DNA from: Actinomycetota bacterium
Lineage (GTDB): Bacteria; Actinomycetota; Acidimicrobiia; Actinomarinales; Actinomarinaceae
Length of the DNA stretch: 64,000 nt
Direction: 5' to 3'
Assembly: GCA_014239265.1 (NCBI GenBank)
Contig: JAAZZH010000004.1
Coordinates: 11,078 to 75,077, forward strand
The stretch's first letter is position 1. Each line of letters begins with the position of its first letter. Shown here piece after piece: positions 55,900 through 64,000 of the stretch. The notes under the pieces were generated by a model that saw only the letters and a list, made by a program, of their open reading frames with translations, ran no database searches and was not told the origin of the DNA. A program made the position numbers and the translations under genes.

Positions 55900-57119
55900 G
55901 AGCGTGAATTTTCCCTTTCCCTCAAAGCAGTACCGACTATCACTGGCAACACACAAACGAATATTAATACGGCAACGACTGATGACCTACCAAAATTTCT
56001 ATATTTTGAAAATTCATCCAACATTTTTACTGCCAACAAGTTTGTTTCTAGGTCACCTCTAGTGGAAACATAAATTATATCAAAAGCTTTCAGTACTGTT
56101 ACAACCATATAGGTGGAAACAACAATCACTGTACTTTTGATATAAGGAATAACTATTGATCTGAAAATTCTTAATTCAGAGGCACCATCTATCTGTCCAG
56201 CCTCCATAATCTCTCCGGGTATAGCCTTAATGCCAGCTGAAAATACTACTGCAGCAAATCCTGTGTACATCCAAACCATAATGATCATCAATAACATGGT
56301 GTTAATAGGAAGGTTTATTAACAAATTTGAAAACCATCCGCCACTTTCTAGTGAATCAGCGATTGGAAGGTTTGATAAATCTCTTTGTTGGAGCCAGCCA
56401 ACAGCATTTTCACAACTTGCATCATCGTATCCTTCAAGAACGCCATCAATAATTCTGTTGTTGTAACACTCTTCCCCTCTTGAAACCCTTATCCCATTAA
56501 TAATTCCAATTTGTGTCAATGGAGGTGGACGATATTCATAGATAAATTTGAAAATAGCAGTTGCACCAACTGCAGAAATTGCCATTGGCATAAAGACAAT
56601 TGATTTAAAGAATGACTCACCCTTATTTAATCTGTCTGTAAGCCAAGCTACTATCAAACCAATAAAAACTGTCAAAAGAACAACGGAGATTAACCAGACA
56701 ATCTGATTCCTTATGGTGGTAATCATTTCCGCATCTGTAAAGGCCCATTTATAATTTTCTAAACCAATAAAGTCATTACTGTATCTATCTTTGAAACTTA
56801 GATAAATAGTTCTCATGGCAGGATAAAAAAGAAATAGAAATATCATAAAAATTGAAGGGCCAACAAACATTCTTGCCTCTAACACCTCACGAGAATCTCT
56901 TGGAACTAATTTAATAAGTCTGTCCATCCCTAGGAATAATAAAAAAACTAGAGTTGAACCTAAAGGAATTGCGATTAAAACTAGAACATTTCTTGTAACT
57001 TGTTCTGTGAGTTCTCTAAATAAAATAGCTTGTGATAAAAACCAAGCTAAAGGGAAAATTACAAGTGCTAACGTAGATATCCCAAATGTAAATAATTTTT
57101 TTTCTTGAGTTTGTTTCAT
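55896..57119 (-). CDS. Carbohydrate ABC transporter permease (MalF-like) with a large extracytoplasmic loop
   Basis: Start MKQTQEKK... The track extension to 57179 translates the terminator hairpin. EAA loop ..EAGQIDGASELRIFRSIVIP... Confidence 0.85.
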   Translation of the reverse strand: MKQTQEKKLFTFGISTLALVIFPLAWFLSQAILFRELTEQVTRNVLVLIAIPLGSTLVFLLFLGMDRLIKLVPRDSREVLEARMFVGPSIFMIFLFLFYPAMRTIYLSFKDRYSNDFIGLENYKWAFTDAEMITTIRNQIVWLISVVLLTVFIGLIVAWLTDRLNKGESFFKSIVFMPMAISAVGATAIFKFIYEYRPPPLTQIGIINGIRVSRGEECYNNRIIDGVLEGYDDASCENAVGWLQQRDLSNLPIADSLESGGWFSNLLINLPINTMLLMIIMVWMYTGFAAVVFSAGIKAIPGEIMEAGQIDGASELRIFRSIVIPYIKSTVIVVSTYMVVTVLKAFDIIYVSTRGDLETNLLAVKMLDEFSKYRNFGRSSVVAVLIFVCVLPVIVGTALRERENSRS

Positions 57120-57146
57120 GCTAGTGGTTAATTTTAGCTCATTGAT

Positions 57147-57177
57147 AAAAAGATAGCCACCCAGATGGGTGGCTATC
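57147..57177 (-). terminator. Intra-operon rho-independent terminator/attenuator after the binding-protein gene
   Basis: Perfect 11-bp stem GATAGCCACCC-(4 nt)-GGGTGGCTATC, followed on the minus strand by TTTTTAT. It lies between the SBP stop (57202) and the permease start (57119). Confidence 0.8.
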
Positions 57178-57201
57178 AAAATTAATTAATACGTATTTGG
57201 C

Positions 57202-58500
57202 TTACGGCCAAGAAGTATCAATATTTGCTAGTGCAGTATCAATGTAGCCTGGGCCTTCGACTGCTAAGTTCATCATTTCTTTCCAGAAAGAACCAGCACC
57301 AACCTCAGGTGGCATTAAGTCAGATGCATCAAATCTAAATGCATCGGCTGCTAAAGCATCAGCAATGATAGTTCCTAATATTCTATTAATGTCTTTTGAA
57401 TATAGTGAAGTATCAAATCCTGTATGAGCACTTAATCTTGCATTGTTAGGCATTGCTGCTGCAGCTGCGTGGAATTCTGCGCTAAGCATATATTCCGCGA
57501 CGGCTTTTGTAGCATCTCTGTCATTAAATGCACCCCACATGTCACCAGCACCTAATGCAGCCTTTGGAAGGCTTTCATCAATTACTGGGAATGGGAAGAC
57601 CGTTGTTTCTACTCCAACTCCTGCCTGAGCTGCCTCTGGCCAGAAAGAAGGAATGAAAGATGCTTGTCTATGCATGAAACAACCTGGGTTGCCATTTGCA
57701 TCTTTTGAGAACATTGGGTCTTGTGCGTTACCGAAGTATGTTGAGACGATAGCATCTGTGCCACCAACAACATAATTTTCAGTATGCATGATTTGGCTTA
57801 AAAGTGAAGCTGCATTCTTTACGATTGGATCTTCGAACTTAAGTTCGTTAGTGACCCATTGGTCGTAAGATGTAGTTCCGTTACCGGTACGAAGCATAAT
57901 ATCTTCCATCCAGTCTGTTGCTAACCAACCTGATGCACCGTTTGAGTACATACCGAAACAGAATGGATTCATTCCGTCTGCAACAATTTGATCTGCAAGT
58001 GCAATCATTGCATCCCATGTTTCAGGAACTGCATAGCCTCTTGCCTCAAACTCTGCTGGTTGATACCAAACAATACTCTTAAGGTTAGCTGCATTTGCAC
58101 CACCATATATTGAACCATCAACAGTTCCTAATCCTACAAGGTAGGATGAGAAATTTGTTTTATAAGCATCTATATCGATTTCTAGATCCTCAAGTGATGT
58201 CAACATACCTCTTTGCGCAGCATCTACTACTGCACCAGGTTGTGGCCATAATGCGAAGTCTGGTGTATCACCAGATTCCATTTGAATTTGAATTTCTTGC
58301 TCAAAGTTGTCTGATCCTTGATAGGTGACAACAATCCCTGTCTCCTCGGTAAAGGATTCAAAGTTAGCTCTAAAACCTTCTTGATCTTCTCCGATGAGAG
58401 CACCAGTGATGGTTACTTCTTCACCTTCGAGGCTTGCACCACCGCAAGCTCCAAGAATTAGAGTTAAAAGCAAAAAAGTCATTAATAATGATTTTCTCAT
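57202..58500 (-). CDS. Sugar ABC substrate-binding lipoprotein (family 1)
   Basis: Lipobox LILGACGG and strong SD (AAAGGAGA). 432 aa, Ala/Gly-rich. Confidence 0.85.
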   Translation of the reverse strand: MRKSLLMTFLLLTLILGACGGASLEGEEVTITGALIGEDQEGFRANFESFTEETGIVVTYQGSDNFEQEIQIQMESGDTPDFALWPQPGAVVDAAQRGMLTSLEDLEIDIDAYKTNFSSYLVGLGTVDGSIYGGANAANLKSIVWYQPAEFEARGYAVPETWDAMIALADQIVADGMNPFCFGMYSNGASGWLATDWMEDIMLRTGNGTTSYDQWVTNELKFEDPIVKNAASLLSQIMHTENYVVGGTDAIVSTYFGNAQDPMFSKDANGNPGCFMHRQASFIPSFWPEAAQAGVGVETTVFPFPVIDESLPKAALGAGDMWGAFNDRDATKAVAEYMLSAEFHAAAAAMPNNARLSAHTGFDTSLYSKDINRILGTIIADALAADAFRFDASDLMPPEVGAGSFWKEMMNLAVEGPGYIDTALANIDTSWP

Positions 58501-58613
58501 TATTTATTTCTCCTTTGTTTACGTACGTAGCCAAAGACATAATCTTTAACTTTTTTAATTTTATAGAGTTTTTGCATATCTGCATAGTGAAAGTGGTTTT
58601 TTTAATATATATG

Positions 58614-58697
58614 TGCCCGGGGGGGGACTCGAACCCCCACATCCTTTCGAATAACGGATTTTAAGTCCGTCGCGTCTACCAATTCCGCCACCCGGGC
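58614..58697 (-). tRNA. tRNA-Leu (anticodon UAA), type II with long variable arm; CCA not encoded
   Basis: The reverse complement folds as a cloverleaf. Acceptor GCCCGGG/CCCGGGC plus discriminator A. D-arm GCGGAATTGGTAGACGC. Anticodon arm ACGGA-CTTAAAA-TCCGT. Variable arm TATTCGAAAGGATG. T-arm GGGGG-TTCGAGT-CCCCC. Confidence 0.95.
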
Positions 58698-58710
58698 TAC
58701 CTATCTAAAC

Positions 58711-59622
58711 TTAATAATTTTTTAAGATTAGCCCTTCTAAAATATCACTTTTTGAGACTTTTAGCTCCTGAAATTTAAATTTTTTCATAATATTACAAAC
58801 TATTAATACTCCCGTTGATAATGTTTTTGCCCGTTTGGGATCTAAGGAGGGATAGCTGCTAATTATTTGGGCCTCAGTCATTTGATTTAATTCTGATGAT
58901 AAATTCTGTATCCATGAATTATTTAAGGTAGTCAGGTGTATTTCCTCTTCATTATAAGTTTTTTGCTCCAAGTAAATTGACGCAATTGAAGTAAATGTGC
59001 CTGATACCCCAATCATAGAAATATTCTTTGTGTCTATTTCCAAGTTGAGACTTTGTTGAATTAAATTATCTCCTTCATTTCTGTCAGCTTCACTCATAGG
59101 GTTAATGTTTGATATACGTTCTGTTAAAGAAACTACTCCCAAATCAAGAGAGTGAACATTTGTTCTGTTTTCGGAGTCATAAATTAATTCTGTGCTTCTA
59201 CCTCCGATATCAACTATGAAAAAATCTTTGTTAATAGCTCTGGATGACAATACTCCTAGTGAAGTTAAGTATCCTTCTTCTTGGCCACTGATGACTTGAA
59301 TTTCTAGATCAAGTTTTTTTCTTATCTCTTCGATAACTTCTTCAGAGTTATTAGCATCTCGAAATACTGCTGTACCTGTTATAAAAATTTGATCAACATT
59401 TTCTGTATTAATTCTTTTTAAATATTCTCTTAGAACCTTGATAAGTCTGTTTTTTGCATCTTTAGATATCTCACTTGATAACTCAAGTCCCTCTGAAGTT
59501 TTAGTAACCTTGTGTGTTTTAAATAGAGGAAATAACTCTCCCGCTCTAGCTTCTGCAATTAAAAGACGGGTAGAGTTTGAACCACAGTCAATTGCGGCAA
59601 CTTTTACCATTCGACTTTCCAA
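58711..59622 (-). CDS. ppx: Ppx/GppA-family phosphatase (exopolyphosphatase)
   Basis: N-terminal VAAIDCGSNSTRLLI and ..DIGGRSTEL.. ASKHA-fold motifs. 303 aa. Confidence 0.85.
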   Translation of the reverse strand: MESRMVKVAAIDCGSNSTRLLIAEARAGELFPLFKTHKVTKTSEGLELSSEISKDAKNRLIKVLREYLKRINTENVDQIFITGTAVFRDANNSEEVIEEIRKKLDLEIQVISGQEEGYLTSLGVLSSRAINKDFFIVDIGGRSTELIYDSENRTNVHSLDLGVVSLTERISNINPMSEADRNEGDNLIQQSLNLEIDTKNISMIGVSGTFTSIASIYLEQKTYNEEEIHLTTLNNSWIQNLSSELNQMTEAQIISSYPSLDPKRAKTLSTGVLIVCNIMKKFKFQELKVSKSDILEGLILKNY

Positions 59623-60134
59623 GACTTATTTTTTTCAAGTTGTTGTTCGTCAATACATGGTTCTTGGCAATTAAATCCACCAACTAACTCTTCAACAATC
59701 TGTCCTACAACATTTTTGCCAGTAGCAAGCTGATCGGCTAAATGTGAGTGAAGACATTTTATACTTTCACGAGCCCCTCCAACACCGCCGTACGGATGAA
59801 TCTTGGTAGTATCATTTATCTCTTGAGTACGTTCTGTCTCGTAAGAGTGTTGCCTGTTGGACCATTGTTCATGTAAATTTTTATCTTTTTGTATTTGATC
59901 ATCTAGTTCTTTGATTAACCCTGTTGATTCGAGAGATCCGACTTTTTTGGTATACATTGGGCACGAAAGCCAATAAGTAGTTGGAAAAGGTGTTCCGTCA
60001 TCTAAGTTGGGTGGTACTTTAATGACTACGGGAAGATTGAAGTGACATTTTGTAACAACATTTACAGAACTTCTTAACTTTCGACCAAGTTGGATTTCTA
60101 CTATTTGCTTATTGTGATTCATTATTAGTACCAA
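59604..60134 (-). CDS. DUF501-family protein
   Basis: About 170 aa, located between ftsB-like and ppx as in the conserved actinobacterial eno-ftsB-DUF501-ppx block. The call is based on position and size. Confidence 0.55.
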   Translation of the reverse strand: MVLIMNHNKQIVEIQLGRKLRSSVNVVTKCHFNLPVVIKVPPNLDDGTPFPTTYWLSCPMYTKKVGSLESTGLIKELDDQIQKDKNLHEQWSNRQHSYETERTQEINDTTKIHPYGGVGGARESIKCLHSHLADQLATGKNVVGQIVEELVGGFNCQEPCIDEQQLEKNKSWKVEW

Positions 60135-60507
60135 TGATATATTCTACAAATAATTCAAAAGCACTTTTACTTCTTTCACGTCCGATTGTTTCTTCTAATG
60201 GTGTTACTGCCTCGGGTACGTCAAATTTATGAAGGACTTCACCATCTTTACCGTATCCATGCTCTTGTAGAATTAAGTCCAATTTATCGGGATCGTTTAA
60301 ATTATCAATTTTAACTTGATACTCAGTAATCTCTTTTTTTAAGGTTTCTGAGTGTTCTATTCTATTTTCTAGTGTTGTTTGCATTGACCTATAATTTTTA
60401 TAACTTACTTCATACGTATCAAACACAAAATATAACGCAGAAAAGGTAATCGTAAATATGATGAGTTTAGAAACTAGGTTTCTTCTGAAAGTGTTTACTT
60501 GTTCCAT
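60109..60507 (-). CDS. Septum formation initiator (FtsB/DivIC-like)
   Basis: 132 aa with a single N-terminal TM followed by a coiled-coil-like segment. Immediately downstream of eno. Confidence 0.55.
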   Translation of the reverse strand: MEQVNTFRRNLVSKLIIFTITFSALYFVFDTYEVSYKNYRSMQTTLENRIEHSETLKKEITEYQVKIDNLNDPDKLDLILQEHGYGKDGEVLHKFDVPEAVTPLEETIGRERSKSAFELFVEYIIGTNNESQ

Positions 60508-61763
60508 TTTTTATTATTAAAGTTGTCGAGTCCAATAACTTCACCAATGCGAAGTAGCTCATTGTATTTAGCTGTTCTTTCTGATCTAGCCGGAGCTCCT
60601 GTTTTAATTTGTCCACTAGAAGTTCCTGCTACTAAATGACTGATAAATATATTTTCTGTTTCCCCGGACCTATGGGAGACCATCGAGGTGAAGTCACTTT
60701 CCTTTGCCAGCTGCATCGTCTCATAAGTCTCGCTTATACTTCCAACTTGATTGACTTTAATTAATATTGAATTTGCTGATTTCTCTGTAATCCCTTTTTC
60801 TAGCATTTGAGCCTGTGTGACGAATAAATCATCTCCAACGAGCTGAGTAGTGTCGCCAATTTTTGACGTTAATTCATTCCATCCGTCCCAATCATCTTCA
60901 GCAAGTCCATCTTCTATCGAGACAATAGGAAATTTAGTACTTAGGTCAATCAAATAACTAACCATTTCGCTTGAGTTAAGCTCTTCCTCTTCTATTAGAT
61001 ACTTACCTTCGCTGTAGAATTCTGATGATGCAGCATCTAGAGCAATAGATACCTGCTCCTCCATTTTGTAATTTGCTTTTTCTACTGCTTCAATAATTAT
61101 TTTTAATACTTCTTCTGAGGAGTTTAAATTGGGTGCAAATCCACCTTCATCACCAACATTTGTTGCCAACCCTCTATCTTTGAGTAATTTTTTAAGTGTA
61201 TGATAAATTTCCACTCCTGCTCGTAAAGCTGAATCAAATCGATCAAAACCATGAGGAACAATCATAAACTCTTGTATATCAACTTTATTATCCGCATGAG
61301 CACCACCATTTAATATGTTCATAAAAGGCACTGGTAAAGAAGGTGCACCATAAATATTTGGTACAAGCTCATACATGTTTTTTCCAGTTGCATTTGAGTA
61401 GGCATTTAAAGTTGCCATTGAAACTGCAAGGATTGAGTTTGCTCCAAGGTTACTTTTATTTGGAGTCCCGTCATGATCGATCATCAATTTATCTATATTG
61501 TTCTGATCACCAGCATCATGACCTTTAAGCAGTTCAAAAATCTCTGTATTTACTTTATCAATAGCTTTGGTAACGCCCTTGCCAAGAAAATCTGTATCTC
61601 CATCTCGAAGTTCATGGGCTTCTAGTTTTCCTGTTGAGGCACCTGATGGAACCGAAGCTCTGCCCCAAGAACCATCTTCTAAGGTAACTTCAGCTTCCAC
61701 AGTGGGATTAGCTCTTGAATCTAGGACATACCTAGCGTGAATTTTATTAATATTTGTATTCAT
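60495..61763 (-). CDS. eno: Enolase
   Basis: 422 aa. ..ILDSRANPTVE.. and SHRSGETE signatures. Confidence 0.97.
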   Translation of the reverse strand: MNTNINKIHARYVLDSRANPTVEAEVTLEDGSWGRASVPSGASTGKLEAHELRDGDTDFLGKGVTKAIDKVNTEIFELLKGHDAGDQNNIDKLMIDHDGTPNKSNLGANSILAVSMATLNAYSNATGKNMYELVPNIYGAPSLPVPFMNILNGGAHADNKVDIQEFMIVPHGFDRFDSALRAGVEIYHTLKKLLKDRGLATNVGDEGGFAPNLNSSEEVLKIIIEAVEKANYKMEEQVSIALDAASSEFYSEGKYLIEEEELNSSEMVSYLIDLSTKFPIVSIEDGLAEDDWDGWNELTSKIGDTTQLVGDDLFVTQAQMLEKGITEKSANSILIKVNQVGSISETYETMQLAKESDFTSMVSHRSGETENIFISHLVAGTSSGQIKTGAPARSERTAKYNELLRIGEVIGLDNFNNKKWNK

Positions 61764-61800
61764 AACCCTGTTAATTAAAATTTAACAGAATTTTTGAAGT

Positions 61801-62541
61801 TTACGACTCTATTTGCTTATTCTTTGCTTCCTGCCAAAGCTCATTAATATCTGCATCTTCATGATAATTTTGCTCAACATATCTGGCTCTATTTATGAAC
61901 CTGTCGATTGAGCGTTTTAGTTGTACTTCTGGATCAGCTTCTAGATATCTTGAAACATTGAGTAGTGAAAAATATACATCCCCCAACTCACTCTTTCTAT
62001 CTTCTAAATTAGTAGCTTCTTTTAATTCCTCTACTTCGGAAATTAAGTCTTCTAAGGCATCTTCATAGGTTGGATAGGTTAGTTTTAGACTTTTTGCTTT
62101 TCTTTGAGCCTTAAAAGCAATATTTACAGGAGGCAAACTATGGTTAAGGTCATCAAAAATAGAGTTATTATCTTGTTGTTTGATTTTCTCCCATTGTTTT
62201 TCTACATCTTCAGCGGAGTCAAGGTTTGCATTTTCAAAAATATGTGGATGTCTTTTAATGAGCTTTAAACGTAAATTTGTCATCACATCATCTATATTAA
62301 AAAACTCTTTCTCCTCGGCTATCTTCGAATGAAGGAAGACTTGCAGTAAAACATCTCCTAATTCACTTTTAAGCTCTTCGAAGCTTTCTGGTGATGAGTC
62401 TAACTTGGATATGGCATCTAGTAGTTCGTACGATTCTTCAATGAGGTGTTTTGCTAATGACTCATGTGTTTGTTCTTTGTCCCATGGACATTCAGTTCTT
62501 AATTTTGTAACTATTTGTACTAATTCCTCAAACTCAGACAT
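61801..62541 (-). CDS. mazG: MazG nucleoside triphosphate pyrophosphohydrolase
   Basis: ..LRTECPWDKEQTHESL..EESYEL..ELGDVLLQV.. EExxE/D motifs, plus a second degenerate MazG repeat. Confidence 0.85.
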   Translation of the reverse strand: MSEFEELVQIVTKLRTECPWDKEQTHESLAKHLIEESYELLDAISKLDSSPESFEELKSELGDVLLQVFLHSKIAEEKEFFNIDDVMTNLRLKLIKRHPHIFENANLDSAEDVEKQWEKIKQQDNNSIFDDLNHSLPPVNIAFKAQRKAKSLKLTYPTYEDALEDLISEVEELKEATNLEDRKSELGDVYFSLLNVSRYLEADPEVQLKRSIDRFINRARYVEQNYHEDADINELWQEAKNKQIES

Positions 62542-62544
62542 AAT

Positions 62545-63549
62545 TTAGTTTTCGCCTCTTATCTCGAGTTCTAATAGGTTTTGATCTATCAGCCAGCTGA
62601 TAATTTTATGAATAAAACTATCTACATCTATGTACTCTAATTTAAGTTCTTTTTCAGCTTTTGCGCCATCATATACATGTCCATGAGTAAGAACTCTGAC
62701 TGATTCTTTACAAATGATTGAGTCTCCAGAAGATAATAGGGAAACAAGATCAAAAATAGGTCCTGCTGTCTTCAATAAGTTTTTTGGAATATAAATTGGT
62801 GATCCATCCCAGTTAGTAATTTTTTTCACCTTACTGATTAGCTCTTCTGAAGTGACATGAAAGCTATTAAGAACATATCTCTCATCATCTACCCCATACA
62901 AAAGTGCGTTGTAGTGTCCATCAGTACAGTTATCGATATCTATTATCGAGATATTATTTTTAAGTAATGGAGGATATTTTTTATTCAAAGATGAGATTAA
63001 TAATTTTGCAGTTCCTGAAACACGTCCTGGACCCTGAACTGAAGAAGGGTTCACTGAGACAAATTCAAATTCTTTATCAAACTTAAATGCCTCCACTTCT
63101 GCTTCATATTTAGATTGTTCATAGTTACTCAAAAAACTTCCTCTATGGGTAGCATCTTCATTACCAGGAAGTCCCTTTTCTTCACCTAGGGTGACTGCTG
63201 ATGATGTATAAATAAACTTTTTGATACCGAGTTTATTCCCAAGTGCTAGCATTTTTTTCGTACCTTCAATGTTGATATTGAACATAGCTTCAGGATTTTT
63301 TGCACACATTTTATTCATACCAGCTACATGGAAGATTGCATCAATGTCATGTTCCGCCAACTGTTCATGAAGAGTGGAATCAAATAAATCCCCTCTGATT
63401 GGGGTGACGTTTAAGTCTTTTAAGCTTTTTTCTGTTTCTGCGCTTCTTGTTAGGGCATAAATATTATGATTATGATCTTTTAGTTTTTGTAATAATGGTT
63501 TACCTACAACACCCGTTGCACCGGTAATAAATATATTTTTATAATCCAT
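62545..63549 (-). CDS. NAD-dependent epimerase/dehydratase family protein
   Basis: Rossmann motif ITGATGVVG and SDR-type YxxxK (YEQSKYEAE). Confidence 0.8.
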   Translation of the reverse strand: MDYKNIFITGATGVVGKPLLQKLKDHNHNIYALTRSAETEKSLKDLNVTPIRGDLFDSTLHEQLAEHDIDAIFHVAGMNKMCAKNPEAMFNINIEGTKKMLALGNKLGIKKFIYTSSAVTLGEEKGLPGNEDATHRGSFLSNYEQSKYEAEVEAFKFDKEFEFVSVNPSSVQGPGRVSGTAKLLISSLNKKYPPLLKNNISIIDIDNCTDGHYNALLYGVDDERYVLNSFHVTSEELISKVKKITNWDGSPIYIPKNLLKTAGPIFDLVSLLSSGDSIICKESVRVLTHGHVYDGAKAEKELKLEYIDVDSFIHKIISWLIDQNLLELEIRGEN

Positions 63550-64000
63550 TATTCAGCTGAATTATATGCAGCGAAATATTGATAACCTGAAACAATTGAG
63601 AAGAGTACTGCTAAATAGACAATGATGGTATCCAAGCTCACTCCCGCTATATCTACTGGGAAGTCCATTAATACAAATCCAATAGCCCAAAATTGTAAAC
63701 TTGCTTTTATCTTACCCAGCGGACTTGGAGGTATGAGCTTGCCTTCATTGCCAGCCAGTCCTCGTAAACCAGTTACAATAAATTCTCTTGAAATCAATAA
63801 AACGGTAATCCATATGTTAACTCTGTCTATATATGTAAACCCAATAAATATGCACGTTACGAAAAGTTTATCGGCAATAGTGTCTAAAAAAGCACCTGTT
63901 TTAGTTGAGACATCCCACTTTCTAGCTAATTTTCCATCAAAAAAATCAGTCCAAGCAGCTATAAATGCAAGAATGGCTGGGGTGAGCATTAGCCCACTTT
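63549..64000 (-). CDS. CDP-alcohol phosphatidyltransferase (PgsA-like), N-terminus outside window
   Basis: Motif DFFDGKLARKWDVSTKTGAFLDTIADK (D-G-x2-A-R-x8-G-x3-D-x3-D). The frame stays open to the window edge upstream of the first Met. Confidence 0.8.
   Translation of the reverse strand, partial: SGLMLTPAILAFIAAWTDFFDGKLARKWDVSTKTGAFLDTIADKLFVTCIFIGFTYIDRVNIWITVLLISREFIVTGLRGLAGNEGKLIPPSPLGKIKASLQFWAIGFVLMDFPVDIAGVSLDTIIVYLAVLFSIVSGYQYFAAYNSAE

Noticed and set aside
57120-57179. N-terminal 20-aa extension of the MalF-like permease in the ORF track
   Set aside because: The extension is the translation of a perfect terminator hairpin. A Met with a sensible TM topology follows at 57119.
58421-58664. 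Two overlapping track ORFs (73 and 76 aa) in the spacer upstream of the sugar binding-protein gene
   Set aside because: They run through the tRNA-Leu gene and the promoter/leader region. The G8 run they translate is the tRNA T-stem/acceptor junction, not a coding or phase-variable tract.
1-64000. Scan for CRISPR arrays, IS elements/transposases, integrases, prophage genes, rRNA and long nucleotide-level repeats
   Set aside because: No direct-repeat/spacer arrays, no transposase or integrase-like ORFs, and no long nucleotide-level repeats were seen. The only repeats are protein-level domain repeats and the two 17-nt palindromes.

Overview
Strongly AT-rich, very gene-dense chromosomal segment. 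Neighbouring genes mostly abut or overlap by 1-23 nt, and the longest non-coding spacer is about 250 nt. I saw no mobile elements, CRISPR arrays or rRNA.

I infer a genome-streamlined marine actinobacterium. The grounds are the mazG-eno-ftsB-DUF501-ppx synteny, a stand-alone MsiK-type sugar ATPase, and a compact DTE-motif rhodopsin.

Gene content in order:
- PBP 3' end, pepA and a PduO-type adenosyltransferase.
- Two small membrane proteins and a 988-aa SpoIID/SLH/PG-binding wall protein.
- tkt.
- A 2-oxoacid dehydrogenase operon: lpd, fused E1 alpha-beta, E2, and a fused LipB-LipA.
- An MBL hydrolase and an acyl-CoA dehydrogenase.
- sufC-sufS-sufE.
- A nucleotide supercluster: a purine-type PRTase, a BMP-type nucleoside ABC importer, and pyrR-pyrB-pyrC-carA-carB-pyrF-pyrD. 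This string ends in a 118-aa PRTase and an unassigned 287-aa gene.
- sufB-sufD-Rieske-sufC-aspA-rpiB.
- An M23 peptidase, an orphan DNA methyltransferase and two ABC exporters.
- A PNPOx-like::MenA fusion with a MenG-like methyltransferase, convergent on a TlpA-like/DsbB-like pair.
- The rhodopsin, with its own terminator, and a class II photolyase.
- A sugar ABC locus with two paralogous binding proteins and a ROK kinase.
- tRNA-Leu(UAA).
- ppx-DUF501-ftsB-eno, mazG, an epimerase and the pgsA 3' part.

Most interesting leads:
1. The non-canonical tail of the pyrimidine operon.
2. A near-identical CRP/FNR-type palindrome upstream of the rhodopsin and in the ABC-exporter/MenA-fusion divergent promoter.
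3. Unusual gene fusions: LipB-LipA and PNPOx-MenA.

All family calls come from motifs read by eye. No database search was run.
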